NCBI GenBank assembly: GCA_051294905.1
Contig: CM119374.1
Span: 19,468,001 to 19,532,000 of the forward strand
Length of the DNA stretch: 64,000 nt
Source: Botryllus schlosseri
Lineage: Eukaryota
Direction of reading: 5' to 3'
Shown: one piece after another, positions 51,901-63,019 of the stretch
How the letters are laid out: each line of letters begins with the position of its first letter
Numbering within the stretch: the stretch's first letter is position 1
Program-made: the position numbers and the translations under genes
Notes under the pieces: model-generated
Database searches by the model: none
What the model was told of the DNA's origin: nothing
The model's input: the letters and a program-made list of their open reading frames with translations, nothing else

Positions 51901-54900
51901 CAGTGGATCTCAAACTTGGATGATAGTAAAAAAATTCACCCCCCCCCTCTTATCGTCATAACGAAAAATATTAAAAACAGCAAGCAGAATATTTGCAATC
52001 CCAATGCATTGTTTGGTGGCACGAGAAGTATTGCGGCTGTTGAGACACTTCTCAAATATGGAGTTCCAGTTAAATACTTTAAATAATTTATTTAACATAA
52101 CCATGTGCAATGATAACATGTACCGCATAGATATTTTATCGGTTTTGGTGCGTAACCCCTTCCATAACCCCACTTGAGCGTAGCTCGAACAGACCTGACC
52201 ACAACCTAAATCAAAAATCAATGACAGCTTCACGTATTTACCAGTTGCACTTATAAGAAAATGTCCCTGAATGAAGAACCATCCATGCACTGATACTAGA
52301 TTTTGCGTGATACCAAACCTTGCACTAATAAGAAAATGTCCCTGAATGAAGTGTAAGGTTCGGTATCACTCAAAATCTAGTATCAGTGCATCGATGGTAC
52401 GGCGGAATAATGACATTTCAAATCGAAATATAGGCCCAATTACGATTATTGCCATTAGTGAAACTTGGAAGTTTCAGCACAAATTAAACCATGGCCTACT
52501 AAAAACACGGCCTTACAGTCTGCCTATTGACCTGAAAATTAAGAGGCCAGCTCTGAAACAGTGTAAATCTCACGGTTATACTTACGCAGATGGTAAATAG
52601 CGCGCAAGTCAAAACCACAAGTGGATTCTGACCAGGATTTATTGTGTTAAGATGATGGAATATCGTTTTAACACGGAAACAATCATTTTAGTCCCAAAAG
52701 AGCTGCTAGTCAGGTGGATAACCCACTGATATCACTGCAAAAACTCGTGCGGATGAATACAGTTGTAGTTGTTGTTGTTGAAGAAGTCAAGACATTTGCA
52801 GTTGTGCGGGTTGCGCCGTGTGCTGCTGTTCGTCGCATTGCACTTGTTTCTTTCGCTGTCTAGAGTATATTCACGAGCTAAGGGTCAGTATTATCATTTG
52901 ATAGGCTAGTTGGCAATCAGGTTACGGTTCCTCGACAGTGCCAGCGGTTCAAGTTGACGCGAAGAACGTCGTGTTCGAACGGCTCCATTGTAGTATCATA
53001 ATCTGCTTTCTCGCAAACATAGTCTTGGATACGGTAGTCTATTTGACGAATTGTATAACTGGTAGCTTTGGTTCTGAGGCATTTATGATGACGAAGGCAT
53101 GTTCATTGTAACTGTTTCGATAGAATTTCATTAATTGTTGCAAGGCTTGGATATGGTGCTGTGCCTATATGGAATCTCGGTTCATATTTTGAAATAAATC
53201 CTGCGTGATGAGAGCTTTTCTGTATAGAATAATTAAGCAATTAAACAGAAAATCCTGCGTGACGTTGCCACCAATTCCATTCCGGTGCTGTGTCGGAATA
53301 CTATTTTAAAGTGATATATAGGCTAATTTGTTAATATTCATTTTCTAGTGAAGTTAATAGGCGATGGTTCTTAAGTGCTGCGTGGTTGGGTGTACTTTTG
53401 GATACACTACTGTCAAATCTGCCAAAGTCTCAAGTAGGGGATCAGCATGTTATGTACTATGAGCTATGTTTGGAAGGCGTTCCAAAAATCAAGAATGTCA
53501 TGAAAATTGACGTCAATTGAGGGTGCAGATGCAACATAATGGGATACCTGTGCCTTTACCAACATGGTTCCGCACAAGCAAGAATACTCTGCTCCAAAGG
53601 AAATGCGAGCTACTAAACTTCCCAAGCTATTTGGATAGTCTAACTGATCCGGATCCCGAAGTAGATATTTTAGAGGAGCTGCGTAATCTAAGATACCACA
53701 AGGTTGGAAATACTCTGGCATCATCTAGCACTATGATCCGGTACTGCTTGCTTTTACGTTCTATTTCTTGCCAAGCGTACAAGACACTTTTGGAAATGTT
53801 CCCTATGCCATTTTTGAGTTGTTTGCGAACAAGACTAAAGGGACTGTTGATTTTTCAAAGGACATGGAAATTTCTGAGGATGTCATTGTGATGGTGGATG
53901 AAATGTATCTGCCAAAATTGTGCAATATCATGGTGGCAAATGTTATGGTGCTGATGAAGACGGAAATATTTGCCAAGGCGTTATAGTGATAATGATCAAG
54001 GGACTTGAAAAATCGCTTCCTTTAGTCCTACAAATTTAACCAGAAACACAAGTTTAAGGTGCCTGGTTAATGCAAAAGCTGTCTGATCTTGGATCTAGGA
54101 TTTAATGTGAGAGGTATTGCTTCTGACAACCACAGCACCAATGTTCGTGCTTTCAATATACTGTCATCACAGTTAGGATCAAACTCCCGAGTTGTTCATA
54201 AGTCATCCAAGTTGCAAGACAAAAATCTATCTATTTTATGACAACGTTCATTTGGTGCAGAACCTTCGCAACAATCTACTGAATGCTAGAAGATTTTCCT
54301 TTCCATCATTATATATCAAAGGTGGCGATATATCCATAATTAGCCCTGCTGGTTATATTGCATTGCAATTGGAGTGTAATTTGCGAATGGCTCCAAAGCT
54401 AACAAAAAAGCACTACATCCTGGCCACAACAAGCAGAACGTCAACCTGGCACTGGCTATCTTTGAAAAAACCATAGCAGCTTGCTCCAAATACCTTCCAG
54501 ATAAGGCGGATACCTATTGCTTCCTCAAAGTCATACATATGTGGTGGAGTGTTGGAAACAGCAAGCAGAGGTACTTCCCTAATAGTCTTGGTAATGCTGT
54601 CATTCTACGGACTGCACCGAGTGTAGCTTATCCCTCACGACTGATGAAACCGAAGAGGAATATGATGAATATTTCAGTTTGGTGGATAAGCCTAGAGGAC
54701 GGTTGACTGTACCCGCCGTTCAAGGTGGCCCATTTTGTATTTGATTCTTTCGCAGTTCTAGATTCGGCTAATCAGCTCATATCTAACCGTAGCACTGTTC
54801 CTCTGCTCCGTGCAGCATTATGTGTGTTGAAAGTTGTGTTAGGTAAATCCCGTAGTGAAAATAGTACAAATGTCGCGTTCAAAAAAATTGTGAACATTTT

Positions 54901-57900
54901 TTACAATAGTCAGCAAAAATTTGCGAATTCCTCATTAAGGGAATTTCGCCCATTTAAAGAGAGGCAAAGGCAAAAGAAGTGATTGTCCTGTAAGGCTGTG
55001 ATATTTGTTTCCTAAGGCTCTAATTCAAGAGTTTCTGCACCCATTTTTCATTGATTATACGAATTTCGTTCCTAATTTTTTCGTTATATATTGCTGCAAT
55101 ATACTATTTTTTACATACATTGTGCACCGGCGTGTTAGTAGAGTACCAAAGACAGGTAGCATTATGACAAAATCGCATTTTCTGACCAATTGAGTGCACA
55201 GCTGGTAAGGGTTGGAAAGTAGACTTTAGGCCTCTTAGTTTTCAGGTCAATAGGCAGACTGTAAGGCCGTGTTTTTAGTAGGCCATGATTAAACTCATTC
55301 CGAGTTCAAGAAAATCATTTCTCTCAGGCGGCTTCGCGCCTCCCCTAGATGCTTTCACGACCCCGCACCCCCAGTTTGAGAGCCACTGCATTAGAACGTC
55401 TGCCACCCACAGGAACCACGTTGAGGAACCGAGCAGAGGAAGAATAAGCAACAGCTTTTCTGGGCACAGATGTTGGGTGCTCACTCTCAGTCAGATGTCA
55501 ACCGGCCATTGAACTTGTCCTAAAATGGTTCGAGGAAATGAAGCCATTCGTCAACGATAGATAAAAGAGGTTTCTCGTGTATTTCTCGACTGGATTTAAA
55601 AGAACGGGTGATGACGTAGTTGAAATGCTGAGGGAGCAGCTGAAGTTAGGATGGCCGTTGGCCATGCCGGTCAACCTCGATGGAAAGTCAGTGACGTTGA
55701 CCGTGGTTGTCATGTCGAAGGTGAAAGCCCTGTCACCGCAAAGAAAATGTCCTAAAGTTTACTAGTAGAACATTCACATTAACTCATTGAAGTTGTTCAA
55801 CCGACTGATCATTTTTACCCAGCGGGATATGGATGTTGCGACAAGCTTATAGTATGAGTTCACTCCGTTCCCGCTGTCCCTGTTCAGCAACAAAGGTCAG
55901 AAAATGAACAAGGCTACCAAGGCAGAATTTTCAATACAACCCTGTAGGCCTTAACTGACCCACTTGACTTGACTAGCCAACCAAGCTGTACCCTTATAAT
56001 TGATGGTGGATGGCTTCTGTACATGGTGAAGTGGGAACAACGTCAGACATGACAGGGAATTGCCTACAATTACCAAAGCTATGTGCAGTATCTAGGCAGT
56101 TGCTTTCATAATGTCATTGTGGTCTTTGATGGTTACAGCAGTTCGACGAAAGACACAACATGTTGTCAAGAAAGACTGCTGCAGGAGTGATCAAACCAGA
56201 GACACTACCTCTCACAGAGGGTGCAGCTGCACAGTGCACAACGTTCACTCCGCGAGTACGTGCAGACCCGGGATTGGATTCTTATACAGAACATGCCTCC
56301 GAACCCCAGCGATTACGGATGGGCAATAGACATGCAGGGATATGAGCCAGTTCCAATACTGGAACCGTTGGCTCCTGATGAGCTACTGCAGTTTACAAGA
56401 TGTAGTTGCCATAAAGATTGCAACGACCGAATATGCAGCAGCAAGAAGAATGAGAAGACATGCATTTCGGCCTGTGGACTATATAAAGGCCTTATAACTC
56501 AGTAATTGCAGTCACGATGATGTTGAGTCCGAAGAAGGCATATAGGCAATGACTGTTGAAATGTCTGATATTGTGCTTGAGAAATAGGCTACCTCTTCAA
56601 TGAACATAACTATGCGAAATAAAGGCTATTTTGAGCATGAATATAAAAGTGGATGTGACGTTATTCACTAAGCAGAGCTTGTAGTGAAATATAAGTGAAA
56701 ACAATCAATTTAGAATCATGGAAAACCATTATTAAACCCGCCCTAAGCTACTTACAGACGATAAAGTTTTTTAATATTTTATTTTTTAATTCGTCAAATT
56801 CAACAACTTTTGGGGGGATTTCTCACAAGAGTTGAACTTCAACATTTTAACTCATGTTATTACACACCTTAAGACATATATTGGTGAAGAAATTTATTGG
56901 TAACAATATAGTTCACAGATTTTCATAAGTTTCCCTTACTACTAGAGCAAACCTGAATTGACTGAACACATTCGAATCCAGAAAAAGATCTGTGTCATCG
57001 GCTATCGCACAGGCGTCCAACTTACATCTCTCAGAGAAAAATTGTGCGGCAGATGTTAAGCGCTGATTTTGAATAGACCTTGTGTGTTTGGCAAAAATTG
57101 GTTTCTAATTTAGTTAACGGTCTGGTATGCTCGAGTTAAGCTAAATGGACTTACACACTAAAACTACTAAATTAAGAATATGATGAATTTTCCCACGAAT
57201 AGTCAAGACAAAACATTCAATTACTTGAAAGAGGTTTTTAGGCCTTGCGGATTTTACCTCCAGCAGTTGAGCAGCCATTTTCAGTCCAAAATTAAAAGAT
57301 CGATAGCAAAAATCAGTGTGACGTACGACGTTCTACTGCAATTGGTCAGGTACATTCAAACGTCAGGTGTAACATATACCTTGACTGCTCACGCACTCCG
57401 TGTAGATGCCTGGTCTCTGGCCACGAGGATCCATGGCTTTCTCCAACGACAATTTACGGCCGCCCAACTCGTATTTGTCTTTTGTTTCCATGGCTTTATC
57501 AAAAGCGGCGGTGGAGCAGAATTGAACAAATGCTATTCTGCAAGTTGAGATAATTGTTGCGATTGCAGTCACTCATATCGGAAGAAACACCGACATCTAA
57601 CATCAGTAATTATAGTTGAGACATCACGACGGATGGTAATCTCTTCTGCATAGCTTATAGTCGCAGGCAGAGGAGATAAAAGTAGTCGACGTTGGTATCC
57701 AAGTATAGTAGATATTGAAGATGTCAAGAGTAGTCAAGTAGTTTCAAAAAGCAGATTTGGCCGAGAGGCGCACACTCTCAGTTTCTGATCGAGTGTGGCT
57801 ACTTTTGAAATTATAGGATGCATCTTCACGACTAAATGAAAAATCACAAGTGCCACTGTGTAGCGGTGCAAATATTGAAAATATATCCAGTCACCATACG

Positions 57901-60900
57901 GTTGGGTTGCAGTAATGACTCGATTCATGACTCGACTCGAGTCACAAGTTTCTGGTGACTAAACATGATTCGAGTCATTTTTTCAAATGAGTAAAATGAC
58001 TCGACAGGAGTCAATTTGTGTATCGACCAGATTTGCACTAGAGTCATTGTGCATGACTCGAACCAAGTCAAACTACTCGAGACTAGGACAGCCAAGAGAG
58101 ACATTTCATTGTAACTTCGAAGAATAGTAAATACTGGTATTTCATCTAGTAGTCTTGATACTTGGAAAATAGGGCCGGAAACTGTGAGGACTGGGGAAAA
58201 TTACGATTATCACTTCGACCCATTTTACATCACCCGAGCAGGGTTGAAAAAAGTGGATTGAACTCTAAACTGAACAGTGAACACAATGATTTGGGACTCG
58301 GTCACAACACTATGACTCGACCCTCTACTCAGGAACTGGGATTAACTCGGTGGTGAATTCAAAATGAATTAACTTGACTTAAGTCAAAACTATAAAAGTA
58401 AGATCGCCTTGTGACTTGGTTACAACTAGAGCCCGACCGATTATCGGTTCGCCGATAATATCGAGTCGATATTACACTCTGAAAGAATTATCGGTATCGG
58501 CAATTGGAGCTGAAAAAATATCGGCTATTTTCGTGACGTCACAGTGTGATAGTAGGAAGTCAGTGAACTATATTCCTTGACCGCTAGACTGGGAACATTG
58601 CTATATTTCGGATAGCTTACATTTCAAGGTGCCCAGATGCAGACTTTCTAGCCTATTTCATGTTCAAGTATGACAATGACTGTAATGGTGCTAAAATAAA
58701 TGCTCTGAAGTATTGAAAATGCGCCATTTGAGGCAGATTCCTCTTATTTGAATATCGGCTGAATATATTGGTGTTATCGGTGAAGATAATAGATATCGGT
58801 TTTATCGGTATCGGCCCAAAAATACAATATCGGTCGGGCTCTAGTTACAACCCTGCCATGAGGCAAGAGCTATATCGCCCAGTTGACAATTTCACTCATA
58901 AACATGATGGAAACATTTACCAAAACTATTTCCACTTTACAAAATCCAGAGTAGTTTTGTATAAAAAGAAAGTATTTGAAAAGAAGTGGAAGTAAAACAT
59001 CAGTAAGTAAGTAGGGTCAGTAGTAATCTGAAAATGTGGTAAGTACAGTAAATCGCCACTGATCACCTCTGGTCGCCGGGCTTTGCAAAATAGGAATACA
59101 AACATACCCCCTTCCTTTTTCCCCATCATGTGGCAGTCGGACTGCTTCAACGTTTTCGAAGAGTTCCATCACCGCTGAGGTGGTCGTATCGTATGGCGTG
59201 TTTTTCACCAACAAAGTTCTGGAGTATTTGTCACTGTTCTCTTCCAAGACATTGCCTGACAAAAGTGTTCTTGAATTATTCCAACCTTGCACGGTGCAAG
59301 GGTGCGATTATACATAGAGCCTTTTGAATCGAAGAAACAAGGTATTGAATGGCAGTAGTTTGCATAGTCTCTCCTGGTGTGCACAATCGCGACACACGAG
59401 GCGGTGCATTTCAAGGTATATTTGATTCAAGCTAAAATGGGCTCATAGAGACACTGAATTTGCTAATTAAGCATGTGACAAATTTGAAAATGATTAGTCC
59501 TGACAAAACATACAATTTCTTGAAAGATGTATTTAGGCTTTGAGCGATTTAGCTGTCCCGGTATCAGTAATTACTCTGATAACGAATTTTTTCTTTATGA
59601 AGTTGCTAAACTGTACTAGCATTTCAGATGATGGAAAGTTCGTATTGTTAACACCGTGGTTGCTCTTTTTAATATTTTAGATTACACGATAAGAGGGCAT
59701 GGCCTGAAATTTTGACTATAATCAAGGGGGGCCCAAAAACCACTGATTTAGATTGAGAATCCCCATGTTTTCAGGAAGTCTTTTATCAACATAGGTCTCC
59801 AAGACTTCCCAGAGTTTAGCGCACATGTCCATTGTCTAGTGGAAGAAGTTAGAAATTGAAAGTCCAATGGAAAAAATCAGGATGTGACGTTCTATTTCGC
59901 TCTACTACAACCTGTCAGGTATGGCATTCAAGTGTCAAGTGTAACATATACCTTGATTGCTCGCGAGTTCCGTGCCGATACCAGGCCTCTGGCCACGACC
60001 GTCGATGTAGTTCAACGACAATTTACGGCCATCCAACTCGTATTTGTCTTTTGTTTCCATGGCTTTATCCAAAGCGACGGCGGAACCGAATTCAACAAAT
60101 GCTATTCTGCAGGTTGAGATAAATTGCTGCGATTGTAGTTGATCATATCGAAAGTGACACCGATATCTGACATCATAAATGAAGGAAATCTGTTCTGCTA
60201 TTTTGCCAAGGTGACAATTTCCCTCCGGAACGTGACGAAAACATATCCCAAAATCATTTATTTTACAAAATTGAAAGTATAAAAGTAGGAATTTTTAAAT
60301 AAAAAAGTATTTGAACATCAGTGGAAGCAAAAAAAATAACAGTAAGTAGCGCCGGTAGGCTAAATCTACGCGAGTTCCCTGAAAATGTAGAAGTATCTCT
60401 AGTCGCAGGGCTATGCATTGAATGGAAACAAATTACAAAATATCAAAATAAAAATACAAACATACCCTTTTCCTCTTTCCCCGACGCGTGGTAGTCGGAC
60501 TTCCTTAACGTTTTCGAAGAGTGCCATCACCACTGCTTCGGTGGTGTTGTATGGCACGTTCGTCACATACAAAGTTCTGGAGTCTGCGTGCATTTTCTCT
60601 TTCAAGACCTTGCCTGACAAAAGTGTTATTGTATTATTCCAACCTTGCAGAGTGCAAGGATGCGAATAGTGCCTTTTGAATCAAAGAAACAAGCTGTGTT
60701 GTTTCGGGCCGACAGAGAATTCGCAGTTTGTGGAATATGACCAACTGCAACATCACGCTTTTGAAGACGCAAATACTGATATGGATACCTGGCCTCCGGC
60801 TACGACTGTCCGTGTAGTCCAACAACAATTTACGACCCTCCAGCTCATACTTGTCTTCAGTTTCCATGGCTTTATCCAAAGCGGCGGCAGAGAGGAATTC

Positions 60901-63019
60901 AACAAATCCTATTCTGCAAGTTGAGATCAATTGCTGAGATTGTAGTTAATCATATCGAAAATGACACCGTTGTCTAACATCATAAATGAGGGCAATCTGT
61001 TCTGCCATTTTGCAACGTTGACAATTCCACACGAAAACATGTCCCAAAACTATTTATTTTAGAGAATCCAAGGTATAGCAGTAGGCAGTTTTGCAGAAAA
61101 GGGTATTTGAACATTAGTGGACATAGAAAAACAACATGACAGTAAGTAGCGCCGGTAGGCAAAATCCACGCAAGTACCCTGAAAATGTGGAAGTAAACGT
61201 CAATCGCACTGCTTTGCATTTAATGGAGAACCATCACAATATATAAAAATAAGAATTATACCCTTTTCGTTTTTTCTTGCTGCGTGGCAGACGGACTTCT
61301 TTAAGGTTTTCGAAGAGTGCCATCACCTCTTCTTCTGTCGCACTGTATGGCATGTTCTTAACGCACAAAGTTCTGGAGGCTTCGTCACTGTTCTCTTCCA
61401 AACCCTTGCCTGACAAAAGCGTTCTTGTAATATTCAAACCTTTGGCGTCTTCGAAATATTTCGAAAATTCGTCGAGGCTCATATCTTTGGTCACACCCTT
61501 TACGTATAGAATCTTATTTGGAATTGCTAATAAAACGATGACAGTCAAAAAGCTGATCAACGATGCATGAAGATGATCAAGGTAATAGGCAAATATTCGG
61601 TCGCAGCCAAATAATTCTGAGCCAATCATCAACTTGAAAGGGTGATGACAACTTTGTTAATAACCAGCATGCCAAGTCAGATGCCCCATTCACGTTGAAG
61701 TGGACGAATAAGAAAAACGCTTTTCAAACATTTTTTGCTTTGTGCCCTCTTTTCTTCTGAATTTTGGGCGACCCCTAATAGGTCGAGTTACTACATCACA
61801 ATGTCCACAATCATGAACCTTCCGTTTGTTTCATACCTTCTGTTTTCGATTTCTTTCCGCCGACTTCCTGGTCATCTTCTCGCATCCTTTTCATAGTCTG
61901 TAAGGTCACTTGCTGTTAGGATACGCAACGGAAAACTATTTTTTTGAACCTTTTCAACATCATCCGATTCTTCCGCATCATGGTCTTCATCCTGATTCTC
62001 GTCATCAGCATCCGTTGTTATCGCCATTACCTGAAAGTTTACTACAATATAACGCAAACACAAAGGATAATACAATCTTTGGTGGTGTCAAGCGATATCA
62101 CATATAGCAGGGTTTCTTGAAGTAAGTTTCTTAAACATTACAGTTGGTGATAAAGACAGAATCATAATTCCAGCACTTCCATCACGAGGACAAGACGCCA
62201 AGAAACAGCATCATTTTCGTCGCTAACAGCTATTTGATATCCATATGGATGATTTCTATTGATATGGATACTTTCACCATCCTCGTTGTACTTCAAGAGA
62301 CGAAATTAGATCCATATTTAGTCCATTCCCATAGTAAAGCATATAGCAACAAAACAGTTTTGGGTCGAGTTATCTTTATCGCCCCTAGTGTTCAAAATGA
62401 AGTGGAAATGCCCCACTAATTTCATTCAAGCTCTGGCTTACGTGGCTGACCAAAATGTGGTGCCAAAACATCGGATGAATGCGATAATACTTTGGCTGGG
62501 TGGCTAAAACCTTTAATATTGATATGTCTGTTCTTCAGATGAAATAAAATTCAGATTTGGATTGGGGTCCAAAAAGTTCAAGAACCACTGAAATGTAGGT
62601 TTGGATGGGAATGCGTTAAATCATTTAGCATTCGATTGACTTCTTCTTTCCATATGCCATAATAAACTTTTCTACAAATGACATTTCTAAATGTATTTCA
62701 GAAGGATGACATAAAAACTGTCAATATCTATTAAAGCTCCACTAGACATGGGACAGATGTTCCAAAAATAGTTGCTTCGTTCTAGAGACCATGGGCTCTA
62801 GAACCGGGCATTCACTGCAGCTCTGGGTTGCCCGGGCATCATCATGAAATGAAATTCAATGTAAGCGTCCAGATGATATCAGTACATTAAATCTATACAT
62901 TTATATTACTAAACAGAATTGATTACCTTTTCTTCACTTTCAATTTCATCTTGCTCCTCTTCCTGGGTCTCTTCTTTGACTGTAGGTTTCACTTGCTTTT
63001 TCACGACTTTTGCCTTACG
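48978..63019 (-). CDS. Nucleolin-like RNA-binding protein, copy A (acidic region, half RRM, three repeated RRMs, RGG tail); 5' exon(s) not identified
   Basis: Open, phase-consistent exons at 62927-63019, 61950-62030, 61837-61897, 61262-61526, 60789-60913, 60466-60613, 59982-60106, 59108-59255, 57410(or 57380)-57537 and 48978-49126. Motifs: EVGGKKSKTE, SRTL(C/Y/L)V(K/T)N.PY...LFEN..(E/A)VRLP...KG|I(G/A)FV(E/Q)F, and terminal GGRRGTRGGGRGNIGRGRGNRGRGRG. Orthology to NCL itself is not proven. Confidence 0.78.
49259..49726. mobile_element. hAT-like MITE with GACTCGAGTC repeats
   Basis: Termini CAGGGTTGTAA and TTACAACCCCG; 6/8-matching flanks GGTAGAAG/GGCAGCAG; homologous to 57902-58855. Confidence 0.75.
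51901..55388. mobile_element. hAT (Charlie-like termini) non-autonomous element inside the Academ remnant
   Basis: Termini CAGTGGATCTCAAACT and AGTTTGAGAGCCACTG (15/16 inverted match); no clear TSD. Confidence 0.6.
52490..55287 (+). mobile_element. P-element superfamily (Galileo/THAP9-like) transposon with decayed transposase
   Basis: ~60-bp TIR CATGGCCTACTAAAAACACGGCCTTACAGTCTGCCTATTGACCTGAAAA...; 7-bp TSD ATTAAAC; transposase fragments MIRYCLLLR...QAYKTLLEMFP, VIVMVDEMYL, SDNHSTNVRAF and KIYLFYDNVHLVQNLRNNLLN. Confidence 0.88.
57902..58855. mobile_element. GACTC-repeat hAT-like MITE (same family as 49259-49726) with a nested insert
   Basis: Homologous internal sequence; right terminus TTACAACCCTG; 6/8-matching flanks CCATACGG/CCATGAGG. 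Confidence 0.72.
58427..58843. mobile_element. hAT-like MITE inserted into the right TIR of the element above
   Basis: TIR TAGAGCCCGACCGAT/ATCGGTCGGGCTCTA; perfect 8-bp TSD GTTACAAC; TATCGG subterminal repeats. Confidence 0.88.
62698..62845 (-). ncRNA. Candidate intronic box C/D snoRNA
   Basis: ATGATGA (62845-62839) and CTGA (62701-62698) spanning 148 nt, two internal hairpins, and 10 nt immediately before box D complementary to U6 AAGGAUGACA. The terminal stem is weak and no clear C'/D' boxes are seen. Confidence 0.3.

Larger units (their letters stand above)
51720..56510 (+). mobile_element. Academ-like (XPG/PIN nuclease plus Cys-rich tail) transposase remnant, split by nested insertions
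   Basis: Fragments ALWVEYHYMVDMPKVFIR (~51775), YEFTPFPLSLF, IIDGGWLL, VIVVFDGY (~55850-56140) and PSDYGW...PLAPDELLQFTRCSCHKDC...C...CISAC (56221-56505), with stops and frameshifts. The family call relies on recalled AcademX domain architecture. Confidence 0.7.

Noticed and set aside
60780-60788. GTATCC donor in nucleolin-like A as a possible U12 GT-AG intron
   Set aside because: It lacks the TT at +7/+8 and has no TCCTTAAC-type branch site; paralogous donors vary like U2 sites.
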